Below, piece by piece: positions 1-9,093 of a DNA stretch of 64,000 bases; within the stretch, counting starts at the first letter, position 1; each line of letters starts with the position of its first letter. The DNA comes from a virus: positions 9,277 to 73,276 of the IMG/VR virus record IMGVR_UViG_3300046736_000122; one strand, written 5' to 3'. The translations under genes were made by a program, and so were the position numbers. The notes beneath the pieces are model-generated. The model had not been told where the DNA came from and searched no databases. It worked only from the letters and a program-made list of their open reading frames with translations.

Positions 1-2
1 GA

Positions 3-212
3 CGATCGCGCGGAACGAGTAGGGCGAAGCCCGCGCGGCGAGTGCCGAAGCTCACAGTTGAGCAGGTTGCCTACATTCGCGAGTCGACGGAGCGTGGTGT
101 AGACCTGGCCACGCGCTTCGGGATAAGCCAGCAGTACGTCTGCAACATCCGTAAGGGTCGCGTGGCGGTGTCGCTTGAAGCGCAACAGGAGACAGGAGCC
201 GCGAATGACTGA
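3..212 (+). CDS. Partial ORF, C-terminal HTH typical of phage HNH endonucleases
   Basis: Manual translation ...PKLTVEQVAYIRESTERGVDLATRFGISQQYVCNIRKGR...; open from window start; stop TGA 210-212 overlaps next gene. Confidence 0.6.
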   Translation, partial: RSRGTSRAKPARRVPKLTVEQVAYIRESTERGVDLATRFGISQQYVCNIRKGRVAVSLEAQQETGAAND

Positions 213-513
213 TCGTGAATGGGTGGTGCTCGGCGCCATGAACATCGCGGCAACGCAGTGGCGTCGTCCTGGCCGTGACTTCGAGGCGACGGCCGAGCAG
301 GTCGCAGAAACGCTACGCACCGACGAGCAGTTTGCGTGCTACCGGCCCATCATCGAGAGCGACGGTGGATGGCCGCTGACTGCCCGCCAGGTCGGCGCCA
401 CCATTGGGGCGCTCGCGAACGCTGAGCGCGTCCATTTCGGTGCGCTGGTAAGCCGTGTCGACGCGCGGCGCTGGCGCCTGACAAGCATGGGCGCGCGGGT
501 ACTGGGCGCATGA
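205..513 (+). CDS. Hypothetical protein, possible winged HTH
   Basis: ATG 205 after GGAG; overlaps both neighbours; ends RRWRLTSMG like a wHTH wing. Confidence 0.65.
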   Translation: MTDREWVVLGAMNIAATQWRRPGRDFEATAEQVAETLRTDEQFACYRPIIESDGGWPLTARQVGATIGALANAERVHFGALVSRVDARRWRLTSMGARVLGA

Positions 514-1088
514 TCGACCTTCGTTTCAACGCTTTGGCTGCGTGGCCTCACGGCAACACATGGGATCGCCGGTCGGAGTGGACGTTCAAGGCGTCATGGC
601 AGAACACGCTCGACCTCTTGGACCGTGAGTTGCGGCTACTCGATGCCGCAAACGTCATCCTTGGCGTGAACCTGCGGCCCGGAGACATCCGGTTGGATGG
701 GTGGCCTCGAAGCAACGCGGCTCGGCCGCTTCATCCGGGCGTGGAGTTGAGCTTCGACAGCCGCGCGATCGCCAAGCTCGACCCGATGGTGCGGCGCGGT
801 TTGGCGCTCGTGCGCGAGGCCGGTGGGGACTGGGGCAAGGCGCGCAAGGCTGCTCACCCTGACAACGGTGGCGAGCACCTGGACTTCGTAGCGATCCAGG
901 CCGCGGCAGACCCGGCGAAACGTCTCGTTTATGCGACGGATGCGTGCGAGCACTGGCAGCATAACGTCCGGTCGATCGCACTCGGCCTCGAAGCCTTGCG
1001 GGCCGTCGACCGGTACGGCATCTCGCGGCGCGGGGAGCAGTATGCGGGCTTTCGTGCCGCGCTCACATCGGGCGGTGCGCGGCCATGA
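510..1088 (+). CDS. Actinophage DnaJ-like protein with internal HPD motif
   Basis: DIRLDGWPR, WQHNVRSIALGLEALRAVDRYG, EQYAGF family motifs; KAAHPDNGG J-like motif. Confidence 0.75.
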   Translation: MIDLRFNALAAWPHGNTWDRRSEWTFKASWQNTLDLLDRELRLLDAANVILGVNLRPGDIRLDGWPRSNAARPLHPGVELSFDSRAIAKLDPMVRRGLALVREAGGDWGKARKAAHPDNGGEHLDFVAIQAAADPAKRLVYATDACEHWQHNVRSIALGLEALRAVDRYGISRRGEQYAGFRAALTSGGARP

Positions 1089-1459
1089 CCGATCTTGGAC
1101 CCCTGCTGGCCGCGGTAACCGACGAGTGGGAGCGCGGCAAGACGATCGCGGCGCGTGCCGGCATGGACAGTCGAACGGCAGGGCCGCGGCTCGCCGCGCT
1201 TGAGCGCGGCGGGTTCGTCAAGTCGAAGGGCACGCCGTGGGATGGGCCCGATCGTGGCGTCAAGTTGTACCGCCGCGGCCCGAACGCGCCGCCGCTCATC
1301 GTGCCGCCAACCGCCGAGCAGATCCTTGACGATGGTCTGCGCGGCAAGCTTCTTGCCATTGAGCTACACGACGCAACGGGCGACCCGTTCGACGCCGGGT
1401 TCATGGAATGCTGGCGCGAGATCAGCGCGTGGCTTGACGCTGCGAGGCCGCGGCCATGA
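1085..1459 (+). CDS. Winged-HTH DNA-binding protein
   Basis: KTIAARAGMDSRTAGPRLAALERGGFV HTH pattern; ATGA-coupled at both ends. Confidence 0.65.
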   Translation: MTDLGPLLAAVTDEWERGKTIAARAGMDSRTAGPRLAALERGGFVKSKGTPWDGPDRGVKLYRRGPNAPPLIVPPTAEQILDDGLRGKLLAIELHDATGDPFDAGFMECWREISAWLDAARPRP

Positions 1460-1644
1460 CCCCCGGCCCGTCACCAGCACTGGCCGCGCTCAACGCGGAG
1501 AAGGCACGTGAGAAAGCCAAGAGCCGCGCACTACAGGCCGCGGCGAAGGAGCATGCGGCCCGCGAGCTCGTCGAGCTTCGCGGCGAACAGGCGCGATTGA
1601 GGCGCGAGGCTGCTGAGCGCCGCGCCGCGAGGGCTGCGCTGTGA
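1456..1644 (+). CDS. Hypothetical coiled-coil protein
   Basis: Coupled overlaps at both ends; A/E/R-rich helix. Confidence 0.6.
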   Translation: MTPGPSPALAALNAEKAREKAKSRALQAAAKEHAARELVELRGEQARLRREAAERRAARAAL

Positions 1645-1883
1645 CCGTCGTCCAGATCCCGGCCGCGGACTGCTTGCGTCACCTGCACGCCATCGCGGCG
1701 CGGCACGAACTCACCGTCATTATGGCGCACTTCGAACCCAGTAGCGCCTCACCGTACCGCTGGCGGCTGACGGTTTCGGGCCGCGGCGGCATCGTCTACA
1801 GCGTGGCGATGGAGCGCGCCGGTGAGATGCCGGAGGCGGTCTACGCCGCGTGGCAGGCGTTCGTCAGCGGGGGCGTCACGTGA
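1641..1883 (+). CDS. Hypothetical protein
   Basis: GTGA overlaps at both ends. Confidence 0.6.
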   Translation: MTVVQIPAADCLRHLHAIAARHELTVIMAHFEPSSASPYRWRLTVSGRGGIVYSVAMERAGEMPEAVYAAWQAFVSGGVT

Positions 1884-2359
1884 AGCGCTCCGGGCTAAAG
1901 GCCGACCCGGCGAAGACGGCCGCGTTCGTGAAGCGTGGCCGCGGCAAGCTCAAGCGCACATCCCTGCCGCGCACCGTCGCGCTGAACAACCCGCCGCCAC
2001 GGCGCTCTGAGCTACCGGGCGCGCGCGGCTGGACGCAGCGGGTGTTCACGCTCTACGGCCGCGTCTGCGTCGTCTGCGGCGATCGAGCGACCGAAGCTCA
2101 TCACGTGGTCCCTCGCCACGTCGTGCTGTCCGCGCGCCATCTCAGCCTCGCGGAGCGCGAGGCTCTCGCCTACGATGCACGCAATGGAGCGCCTGTCTGC
2201 GGGCTCGGCACGCGCCATTCTTGCCACGCCAACCACGAAGCCGCGTCGCACCGGATCCCGTTCGACCGGTTGCCCGCGGGCGCTGTGGAGTGGGCGATCG
2301 AGCATGGCTTTCGGTCGCGCGTGATGGATCGTCGCGTCTACCCTCGGCAGGCGTCGTGA
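1880..2359 (+). CDS. HNH endonuclease
   Basis: CVVCG..EAHHVVP..N..PVC..CHANHE; GTG 1880 overlaps previous stop. Confidence 0.8.
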   Translation: MKRSGLKADPAKTAAFVKRGRGKLKRTSLPRTVALNNPPPRRSELPGARGWTQRVFTLYGRVCVVCGDRATEAHHVVPRHVVLSARHLSLAEREALAYDARNGAPVCGLGTRHSCHANHEAASHRIPFDRLPAGAVEWAIEHGFRSRVMDRRVYPRQAS

Positions 2360-3027
2360 GCCGCGCCGACCTCGCGATCCTCGTGCGCGCGGGAAGCCAC
2401 GCGTACGGCACTGCCCGGCCCGACTCCGACGATGACTACCGCGGCGTGTACCTCGCGCCCACCGTCGACCTGTACCGGCTGCGACGGCCTGCGGAAAGCT
2501 TCGACCGTCGGGACCCCGACGTCACGCTGTACGAGCTCGGGAAGTTCGCGACGCTTGCCGCCGCGGCCAACCCGACGGTGCTGGAGATCTTGTGGGCCGA
2601 GCCGCTGCACATCTCGCCAGCCGGGGTGATCCTTCGACTTCACCGCGACGTGTTCCTGAGCCGCCGCGCGCTGAAGACGTACGGCGGCTACGCGCGCCAG
2701 CAGTTGAGCAAGGCGACCAAGGGCATCGGTGGCTCGCGTGGCTCGGGGCATTCCCGCCGTGAGAAGTTCTTGCTGCACACGATCCGGCTTGCGGAGGCCG
2801 GGCTGCATCTGTTGCGTACGGGCGAGGTTCAGGTGCGCGTCCCGGACCCGGTCGGGCTCTGGGAGCGTGCGAACCGCGGCTTGGATGCCGTTGTGGCCGA
2901 GTTCGCGGACCTTGACGATCGCCTCGCGGCGGCGTCGGCATCGAGCCCGCTGCCGGAGCACCCCGACCTTGAGGCGATCGACCGGCTGCTGATCCTGTTG
3001 CGCCGAGACATCGGCGCGCGGCCATGA
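2356..3027 (+). CDS. Pol-beta-family nucleotidyltransferase (RlaP/YcgL-like)
   Basis: GSHAYG..PDSDDDYRGVY, ANPTVLEIL, HTIRL motifs. Confidence 0.85.
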   Translation: MSRADLAILVRAGSHAYGTARPDSDDDYRGVYLAPTVDLYRLRRPAESFDRRDPDVTLYELGKFATLAAAANPTVLEILWAEPLHISPAGVILRLHRDVFLSRRALKTYGGYARQQLSKATKGIGGSRGSGHSRREKFLLHTIRLAEAGLHLLRTGEVQVRVPDPVGLWERANRGLDAVVAEFADLDDRLAAASASSPLPEHPDLEAIDRLLILLRRDIGARP

Positions 3028-3308
3028 AGCGCGTCGTGCTCCTCTGTACTCGCCCCGCGTGCGGCCACGGGCCCGGCCGTCACGAAGCGGGCGGCGCATG
3101 TCAGGACTGCGCGTGCACCGGCTTCACGCTCGAAGAGCAGGTGCGACTGACGCGTTGCTCGGAATGCAAGCGGCGGCCGTCACGCGGCTACGTGCCGCAT
3201 GACCTTCGGCCGGGAGGCTGGGGCAACCATCGGGAGGGCTGCTCTCGCCGCGGGATGGCACCCGACGCACTTGAGCGCGAGTTGACATCGGGGCCGCGGC
3301 GATGCTGA
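3024..3308 (+). CDS. Cys/His-rich hypothetical protein
   Basis: CGH..HEAGGACQDCACTGF metal-binding motif; coupled start. Confidence 0.6.
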   Translation: MKRVVLLCTRPACGHGPGRHEAGGACQDCACTGFTLEEQVRLTRCSECKRRPSRGYVPHDLRPGGWGNHREGCSRRGMAPDALERELTSGPRRC

Positions 3309-3637
3309 GCCGTCCGCAGCCGCGCTGCCCTTCGTGCCGCTGGTTCCTCTCATTCGAGGCTATCGATCACTCATGGGTAGCCCGCTGCCAGAACAGGCCG
3401 GAAGCCTGCCCGGTCGATGTAGTGCCGCCGACGATCAACACGGCGCTCATCGAGTTCGTGCGCTCGACTGGCGACACGACGAGCGTTGCCGCGGCCGAGC
3501 ACTTCGGCTGGAGCGTCCCGAACGCGGTCAACCACCTGACGAAGCTGACAGCGCTGCGGATTCTTGACCGCCGTCGCGTCAACCCGGTGCGCGGCGGCAA
3601 GCGGTTCGTGTGGACGATCGCGGGGCCACGGCGATGA
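3302..3637 (+). CDS. Zn-finger + winged-HTH protein
   Basis: CPSC..C..C then AAEHFGWSVPNAVNHLTKL. Confidence 0.65.
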   Translation: MLSRPQPRCPSCRWFLSFEAIDHSWVARCQNRPEACPVDVVPPTINTALIEFVRSTGDTTSVAAAEHFGWSVPNAVNHLTKLTALRILDRRRVNPVRGGKRFVWTIAGPRR

Positions 3638-3900
3638 GCGCCGCGCGCGACCCCGGCTCGATGCGAACCGCTGCGGCCGTGCTGCGCGTGCTCGGCGACC
3701 AGCGTGACCAGCGCACGAACAACTCGATCGCGAAGCAGACCGGCCTTCACGCCGACCTGACGGCTGGCGCGCTGCGATCCCTCCGCGGGCAAGGTCTCGT
3801 CGACAGTGCCGATCCGATGGAGCGCGGCGATTACTTGTTGTGGTGGGCGACGCCGCTCGGCGTGTACTGCCGCGAGCTACTTGAGGCGGCGCCGCCATGA
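3634..3900 (+). CDS. Winged-HTH protein
   Basis: NSIAKQTGLHADLTAGALRSLRGQGLV; ATGA-coupled. Confidence 0.65.
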   Translation: MSAARDPGSMRTAAAVLRVLGDQRDQRTNNSIAKQTGLHADLTAGALRSLRGQGLVDSADPMERGDYLLWWATPLGVYCRELLEAAPP

Positions 3901-4421
3901 GTCTCGCGCTCGACATCGGCGATCGTGGCGCGGACATCTCGCCGTGCGGCCGGTACCGCTACACCCTCTGGCGGCGATGGGACATCGACCGGCCGATGGT
4001 GCTGTGGATCATGCTCAACCCGTCAACCGCGGACGCGACGGACGACGATCGCACCGTGGGCCGCTGTATCGACTTCGCGCGGCGCTGGGACATGGGCGGC
4101 ATCCGCGTCTGCAACCTGTACCCGTGGCGGGCGACCTACCCGAAGGATCTACCGAGCGGCCAAGAGGTCGGCGGCGCGCACACCGGGATCCTGTCGAAGA
4201 ACGATCACGCGATCTTGAGCGCGGCGAGCGACGCTGGCCGGATAATCGCCGCGTGGGGATCGAACGTCGGGCCATGGCCTATGCAGACCGCGCATGTCCG
4301 CGACCTGTTGCGCCACCGGCACGTTGAGGCGCTGCGCCTGACGAAGCATGGTCGGCCGTGGCATCCGTTGTACGTGCGCGGCGACGTGCAGCCCATCCCG
4401 TACTGGGAGCCGCGGCCATGA
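3897..4421 (+). CDS. DUF1643 domain protein
   Basis: YRYTLWRRW, WIMLNPSTAD, IIAAWG, PWHPLY signature. Confidence 0.9.
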   Translation: MSLALDIGDRGADISPCGRYRYTLWRRWDIDRPMVLWIMLNPSTADATDDDRTVGRCIDFARRWDMGGIRVCNLYPWRATYPKDLPSGQEVGGAHTGILSKNDHAILSAASDAGRIIAAWGSNVGPWPMQTAHVRDLLRHRHVEALRLTKHGRPWHPLYVRGDVQPIPYWEPRP

Positions 4422-4687
4422 TCGACGCGACGATCGCGATGCTGCGCGCCCGCCACGACGAACACGTAGCGCTCGTCGGAGTCGTCGCCGCACTGTTCTG
4501 CGATGACCTGCCCGCTGCCGTCACGCGGCTCGAGAACTGCCGCGATGCCGCCCGTGAGCACGCGAGGACGCTCAACTATCGGCACGACCGCCACGCGATT
4601 GCGATTGCGCGCAGTGTCGCGTCCGCGGCCGAAGAGCTGCTTCCCGGTGTGCGTCAACTCGCCGCGCGTGTGGAGCCGCGCCGATGA
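4418..4687 (+). CDS. Hypothetical protein
   Basis: ATGA-coupled at both ends. Confidence 0.6.
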   Translation: MIDATIAMLRARHDEHVALVGVVAALFCDDLPAAVTRLENCRDAAREHARTLNYRHDRHAIAIARSVASAAEELLPGVRQLAARVEPRR

Positions 4688-4908
4688 TCGTGCTGCAGAT
4701 CGACGGTGGCGCCGATGCCGAGGTTGTGCTGACTCAAGTCAAGTTCGCGGCCAAACGGTTCCCCGGCCGCCACCGGCTGAAGCTCGTCGTGGCGATGGCG
4801 AACGGTGAGGAGCGCCGCGTCACCTTCGGATGGGACTGGCGGTATGACGCTTCGCCGGCTTGCCTTGCTGCGCTGGCCGAGTTTGGCCGCGCGGGAGTCG
4901 AGGACTGA
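4684..4908 (+). CDS. Small protein resembling the C-terminal domain of DnaE (Pol III alpha)
   Basis: VKFAAKRFPGRHRLKL..RRVTFGWDWRYDASPACLAALAEFG pattern, recognised from memory. Confidence 0.5.
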   Translation: MIVLQIDGGADAEVVLTQVKFAAKRFPGRHRLKLVVAMANGEERRVTFGWDWRYDASPACLAALAEFGRAGVED

Positions 4909-5252
4909 TGACCGCGCTCGACGACCTCGTCGCGGCCATCCGCGCACACCGCTTCGCCTACGTCGACGAGGACGAACTGCAGCAGGGCCTCGCCGCCGTC
5001 CTCGCACCGTTCGGTGTCGCGCGCGAGGTCCGGCTCGACTCCCGTTGCCGCATCGACCTGCTCGCCGGCCGCGTCGGTATCGAGGTGAAGGTCGGCGGCA
5101 GCGCGGCAGCCCTGCTCCGCCAGGTCGACCGCTACGCCGGGCTCGACACGCTCGACGCCATCGTGGTCGTCACGAGCCGCGTGCGTCACCTTCAGCCGGT
5201 CGACGAGGCCAACGGCAAGCCCGTGCGTTGGATCACCGTGGGGGCGCTGTGA
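4908..5252 (+). CDS. PD-(D/E)XK nuclease-like protein
   Basis: RIDLL..GIEVK..QVDRY motif; TGATG overlap. Confidence 0.75.
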   Translation: MTALDDLVAAIRAHRFAYVDEDELQQGLAAVLAPFGVAREVRLDSRCRIDLLAGRVGIEVKVGGSAAALLRQVDRYAGLDTLDAIVVVTSRVRHLQPVDEANGKPVRWITVGAL

Positions 5253-7045
5253 GGACGTACGGCGAGATCCGCTACCGCGCGGCATCTGGCGGCCCAGACG
5301 GTCAGCGCGCGGCGTGGCAGATTATCGCGAGCCCCGATGTCCTCATGCGTCTCAAGCGGCTGTTCCCGCGCGCCGAAAAACGCCGCTCGGGATGGATCAC
5401 GCTGGAGCACACGCTCGAGGTCGCTCGTGATCTCGAATGGGTGCTGCAGCGCTGGCCGATGAAGGTCGCCGACGAGGACCGTGCACGGCTCGTGACCTCG
5501 ACCGCGGAGTACGTCGAGCGCCAAGACCTCGTCGAGTCGCTGCTGCGCGGCGACCGGCCGCACCTGCCCGGTGTGCTGACGCCCGCGCGCGAGCCCCGCG
5601 AGTACCAACTCATCGCGGCCGACCTGACGCTCGCGACCGGCCGCCTACTGCTCTGCGACGAGCTCGGGCTTGGCAAGACGATGAGCGGCCTGCTCGCGTT
5701 GCGTGACCCTGACCTGTTGCCGGCGCTCGTCGTCTGCCCGACGCATCTGCCGCAGCACTGGATGCGCGAGCTTGCGAAGACACTGCCGACGTTGCGCGCG
5801 CACATCATCCGGACCGGCAAGCCGTACGACCCCGCGAAGCGCCGCGAGATGAAGGGCCACGATCCCGACGTGCTCATCATCAACTACCACAAGCTGCGCG
5901 GCTGGGTGGACCATCTCGCCGGCCTCGTGAAAACGGTGATCTTCGACGAGGCGCAGGAGCTGCGCCGCGCCGATAGCGACAAGTACAAGGCGGCGGCCCG
6001 TGTCGCCGATCTCGCGCACGTCCGGATGGGGTTGACAGCCACGCCGATCTACAACTACGCGTCCGAGATTCACAACGTGCTCGCCGTCATCGCTCCCGAC
6101 GCGCTCGGGTCACGCGAGGAGTTCGCGCGCGAATGGGGCGGCTCGACGTACTGGACGGACAAGCTCACCGTGAAGGATCCGAAGGCGCTCGGCGCGCACC
6201 TACGCTCCGAAGGCGTGTTCCTGCGCCGCACCCGCGTTGAGGTTGGCCGCGAGCTCCCGGAGATCGTTCGTGTGCCGCACAACGTGGACGCCGACGAGGA
6301 TGAACTCGACCGGTTGCTCGCCGCCGGTGGCGCTGCGGCGCTCGCGGAAACGATCCTCCACTCGCAGGACCGCAAGGCGGTGTTCACGGCGTCGGGCGAG
6401 ATCGACATGCAGATGCGCCGCGCGACCGGTGTAGCGAAAGCACCCTACGTCGCGGCGTTCGTAGACCTCCTGTTGGAGAGCGAGCAGAAGGTCGTGCTGT
6501 TCGGCTGGCATCGCGACGTCTACACGATCTGGGGGACACGGCTCGCCGCGCACAACCCGGTCATGTTCACGGGCTCGGAGTCGTCGGCGCAGAAGGAACT
6601 CAACCGGGCACGATTCATCGGCGGCGAGGATCTCGAGCGCGCAGCCGCGGCTCACCAGCGTGGCTTCAAGGGCCGCTGGCGCGAGTTCGAGGATGCGACC
6701 GCCGAGAGCCGCGTCCTGATGATGAGCTTGCGCGCGGGCAGCGGCCTCGACGGGTTGCAGCAAGTCTGCAACGTCGGCGTGTTCGGCGAGCTTGACTGGT
6801 CACCGGGCGTTCACGATCAGTGCGAGGGCCGCTACCACCGCGACGGCCAGAGCGAGCCGAGCGTGTCGTACTTCCTCGTCAGCGACGTCGGCAGCGATCC
6901 CGTCGTCGCGGACGTGCTGAACCTGAAAGAGCAGGGCAGCCATCCAATCGTGGATCCGAACCGTGCGATGTTCGTCGCGGCGGATGTGAGCGACCGGATG
7001 CGCAAGCTCGCGGAGTCCGTGCTGAAGCGGCGGCGCGCGGCATGA
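5249..7045 (+). CDS. SNF2-family helicase
   Basis: DELGLGKT, VIFDEAQ, LTATP, GLDGLQ, QCEGRYHRDGQ; start GTG 5249. Confidence 0.9.
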   Translation: MRTYGEIRYRAASGGPDGQRAAWQIIASPDVLMRLKRLFPRAEKRRSGWITLEHTLEVARDLEWVLQRWPMKVADEDRARLVTSTAEYVERQDLVESLLRGDRPHLPGVLTPAREPREYQLIAADLTLATGRLLLCDELGLGKTMSGLLALRDPDLLPALVVCPTHLPQHWMRELAKTLPTLRAHIIRTGKPYDPAKRREMKGHDPDVLIINYHKLRGWVDHLAGLVKTVIFDEAQELRRADSDKYKAAARVADLAHVRMGLTATPIYNYASEIHNVLAVIAPDALGSREEFAREWGGSTYWTDKLTVKDPKALGAHLRSEGVFLRRTRVEVGRELPEIVRVPHNVDADEDELDRLLAAGGAAALAETILHSQDRKAVFTASGEIDMQMRRATGVAKAPYVAAFVDLLLESEQKVVLFGWHRDVYTIWGTRLAAHNPVMFTGSESSAQKELNRARFIGGEDLERAAAAHQRGFKGRWREFEDATAESRVLMMSLRAGSGLDGLQQVCNVGVFGELDWSPGVHDQCEGRYHRDGQSEPSVSYFLVSDVGSDPVVADVLNLKEQGSHPIVDPNRAMFVAADVSDRMRKLAESVLKRRRAA

Positions 7046-7055
7046 GAAAGACGTT

Positions 7056-7094
7056 GCCCCCCGCTTGCCAGTGGCTTGCGGGGGGCTGTAGTCT
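7056..7094 (+). promoter_or_regulatory. Sigma-A-like promoter overlapping a GC-rich inverted repeat
   Basis: TTGCCA 7065-70, 18 nt, TG-TAGTCT 7089-94; arms GCCCCCCGC 7056-64 / GCGGGGGGC 7078-86. Confidence 0.55.
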
Positions 7095-7160
7095 CACGAT
7101 CGACACTCGCGCGCTGCTCACGGCGCCGAGGCCACGACAACCCGAAAGGACGGTTTCAGG

Positions 7161-7859
7161 ATGCCGCAGGATCGTACCGTAGAAGACGGCGGCCACACAT
7201 CGGCCGCGCTGTTGGCCGCGCGAAGCTATGGCGCGGCGCCGCAGGTCATCGGCACGTTCGACCTCGAATGGTCGGAGTACATGCACTACCTCTACCTGCC
7301 GGTTCAGATGCCGGGGCACGAGGGGGTGCGCCTGCCGCCGAACCTGGAGTTCTTGCGAGCGATCGTCGAGCAGATCGTTATCAACGAGGCTCACGACGAC
7401 TACGTCTACGTGAGCGCCCGCCGGGGCTACGCGACACCCGGCAACCCGCTGAATCGGCCGGGCTGGCACGCGGACGGGTTCGGCACTCGCGACGTGAACT
7501 ACATCTGGCATGATGGCGGCGCGACGCTGTTCGCGGAGCACGACTTCGGCAGGGTCTCGCCGAACCATCTTGTGTCGATGCGGCAGTTCGCGGAGCGCGC
7601 TCGTGTGACGAACACCTACCCCGATCGCACGCTCATGCGGCTCGACCCGTTCGTGGTCCACGCGGCACCGGACATCGCACCACCGGGAGGCGAGCGCGCG
7701 TTCGTCAAGATCAGCCTGTCGGACTCGCGCTACAACCTGCGCGGCAACAGCCACAACCACGCGTTCGACTACGCGTGGCGGATGTGGGCGCGTGAGGAGA
7801 TCCGCAACGATCCGAGCTACGCGGACGGCGACGCTGGCCCGCAGGTCGCGCGGCCATGA
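7161..7859 (+). CDS. Putative 2OG-Fe(II) dioxygenase-like protein
   Basis: NRPGWHADGF (HxD), distal VVH, RAFVKIS; GAAAGGA upstream. Confidence 0.65.
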   Translation: MPQDRTVEDGGHTSAALLAARSYGAAPQVIGTFDLEWSEYMHYLYLPVQMPGHEGVRLPPNLEFLRAIVEQIVINEAHDDYVYVSARRGYATPGNPLNRPGWHADGFGTRDVNYIWHDGGATLFAEHDFGRVSPNHLVSMRQFAERARVTNTYPDRTLMRLDPFVVHAAPDIAPPGGERAFVKISLSDSRYNLRGNSHNHAFDYAWRMWAREEIRNDPSYADGDAGPQVARP

Positions 7860-8059
7860 TCGGTTCCAAGGCACTCGCCCGCGTCACCCAACCCAACATC
7901 CTCGAAGTCGACCTAGAAGTGACCACCGAGACGGGCCGCAAAGCCCGGATCACCATGGATCTGGACACCGGCATGCGGCTCGCTGATGAGCTGCATCGGT
8001 GTTGCTGGCGGCGGCCTGAGTCGTGGGGGAAAGCACCGGCCGCGGAGACAGCGCCATGA
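7856..8059 (+). CDS. Hypothetical protein
   Basis: ATGA-coupled at both ends. Confidence 0.55.
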   Translation: MIGSKALARVTQPNILEVDLEVTTETGRKARITMDLDTGMRLADELHRCCWRRPESWGKAPAAETAP

Positions 8060-8667
8060 GCGACGACTACAAGGCGATGCTCACGAAGAGCCGCGAACGC
8101 TTCGAGCGCGACACAGCCAAGCATGAGATGACGGTCCTGCACGACGACGGCGTCTACCGGCACTTGCGGATCCAGAGGCCTGGCTCGTGGACCTACGGCC
8201 ACGACATCGTGACGTGGCCCGGCTACCTCGCGATCACCGGGGACGCAGGGGACTACCTGTTCGCGCGCACCGCCGACATGTTCGAGTTCTTCGAGGGCGA
8301 TGGCGGCAGGATCAACCCTGACTACTGGGGCGAGAAGCTGCAGGGTCCCGGACACGACAAGCACCTCACCTACAGCGAGGACGCCTTCCGTCGCCGCGTG
8401 CGCGGGTGGCTGGACGGCAGGGAGGATTGCACTGGCGAGCCGCCGAGCCCGGATCTTGTGGCCGCCGTTGACGAACTTCTCCGTCGTGAGGCGTATAACG
8501 ACCACGAGGCGCACCGCCTACTCGATGAGTTCGAGTGCGGCGGCGTTCGCATCGACGACGCCTGGGAATGGTCGCTGAAGGACTATGACGGTCGCTTCCT
8601 GTGGTGCTGTTGGGCGATCGTGCGCGGCATTGAGCAGTACCGCGCCGTGGCGACGGTGACGGCATGA
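8056..8667 (+). CDS. Conserved phage hypothetical protein
   Basis: HEMTVLHDDGVYRHLR..TWPGYLAITGD..INPDYWGEKL, widespread phage family recognised by motif. Confidence 0.8.
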   Translation: MSDDYKAMLTKSRERFERDTAKHEMTVLHDDGVYRHLRIQRPGSWTYGHDIVTWPGYLAITGDAGDYLFARTADMFEFFEGDGGRINPDYWGEKLQGPGHDKHLTYSEDAFRRRVRGWLDGREDCTGEPPSPDLVAAVDELLRREAYNDHEAHRLLDEFECGGVRIDDAWEWSLKDYDGRFLWCCWAIVRGIEQYRAVATVTA

Positions 8668-8942
8668 GCACCATCGACATGGGCCACTCGCGCGTCGAGT
8701 ACCGCGCGGCGGCCGCCGACCTCGCGAACGCTGAGTGCAGCGTCCCGGAGGATCACCCGCACCTAGAGGCGATCGACGCGCTACCACTCATCTCTCCACA
8801 CGGCATCACGGCGAAGCTCAACGCGATGAGTCTCGACGGACTCGTGACGCTTTGGGACGGCGGCAACTGCTGGCCGAACGAATGGTCGCTGACCGACAAG
8901 GGCCGCGCAGCTATCGCGGCGGCTGACGGCACGCGACCATGA
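8664..8942 (+). CDS. Hypothetical protein
   Basis: ATGA-coupled at both ends. Confidence 0.6.
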   Translation: MSTIDMGHSRVEYRAAAADLANAECSVPEDHPHLEAIDALPLISPHGITAKLNAMSLDGLVTLWDGGNCWPNEWSLTDKGRAAIAAADGTRP

Positions 8943-9067
8943 GGCAGCTTGGATGGTGGCTCATGGGCTTACCGACCGGCCTGCGTGAGCCGTCGCCGTT
9001 CCTGCTGCGATGGGGTCCGTACCGGTGGGGTGCGTACCTCGCGAACCTGAGATGGACCCGGCCGTGA
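8939..9067 (+). CDS. Small Trp-rich hypothetical protein (42 aa)
   Basis: Manual translation MRQLGWWLMGLPTG...NLRWTRP; coupled start. Confidence 0.45.
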   Translation: MRQLGWWLMGLPTGLREPSPFLLRWGPYRWGAYLANLRWTRP

Positions 9068-9092
9068 AACGAGGGACCCGGCCGTGAAACGA
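9054..9092 (+). repeat. Tandem direct repeat, 2 copies of GGACCCGGCCGTGAAACGA
   Basis: Copies at 9054-9072 and 9074-9092. Confidence 0.9.
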
Positions 9093-9093
9093 A

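Noticed and set aside
3891-3900. Kozak-like GCCGCCATG, suggesting eukaryotic-style initiation
   Set aside because: Gene content and RBS/leaderless signals are bacterial; it is a variant of the junction motif
4805-5248. Long N-terminal extensions in the ORF track (also 2221, 15880, 23065, 27032, 32806)
   Set aside because: They overlap better upstream genes; coupled downstream starts were used instead
7045-7097. Hairpin plus TAGTCTCAC resembling an IS605 right end or orphan omegaRNA
   Set aside because: No adjacent tnpB/tnpA or scaffold stem; promoter boxes explain it more simply
9054-9092. Possible CRISPR mini-array
   Set aside because: Only two copies with a 1-nt gap and no spacer; no cas genes seen
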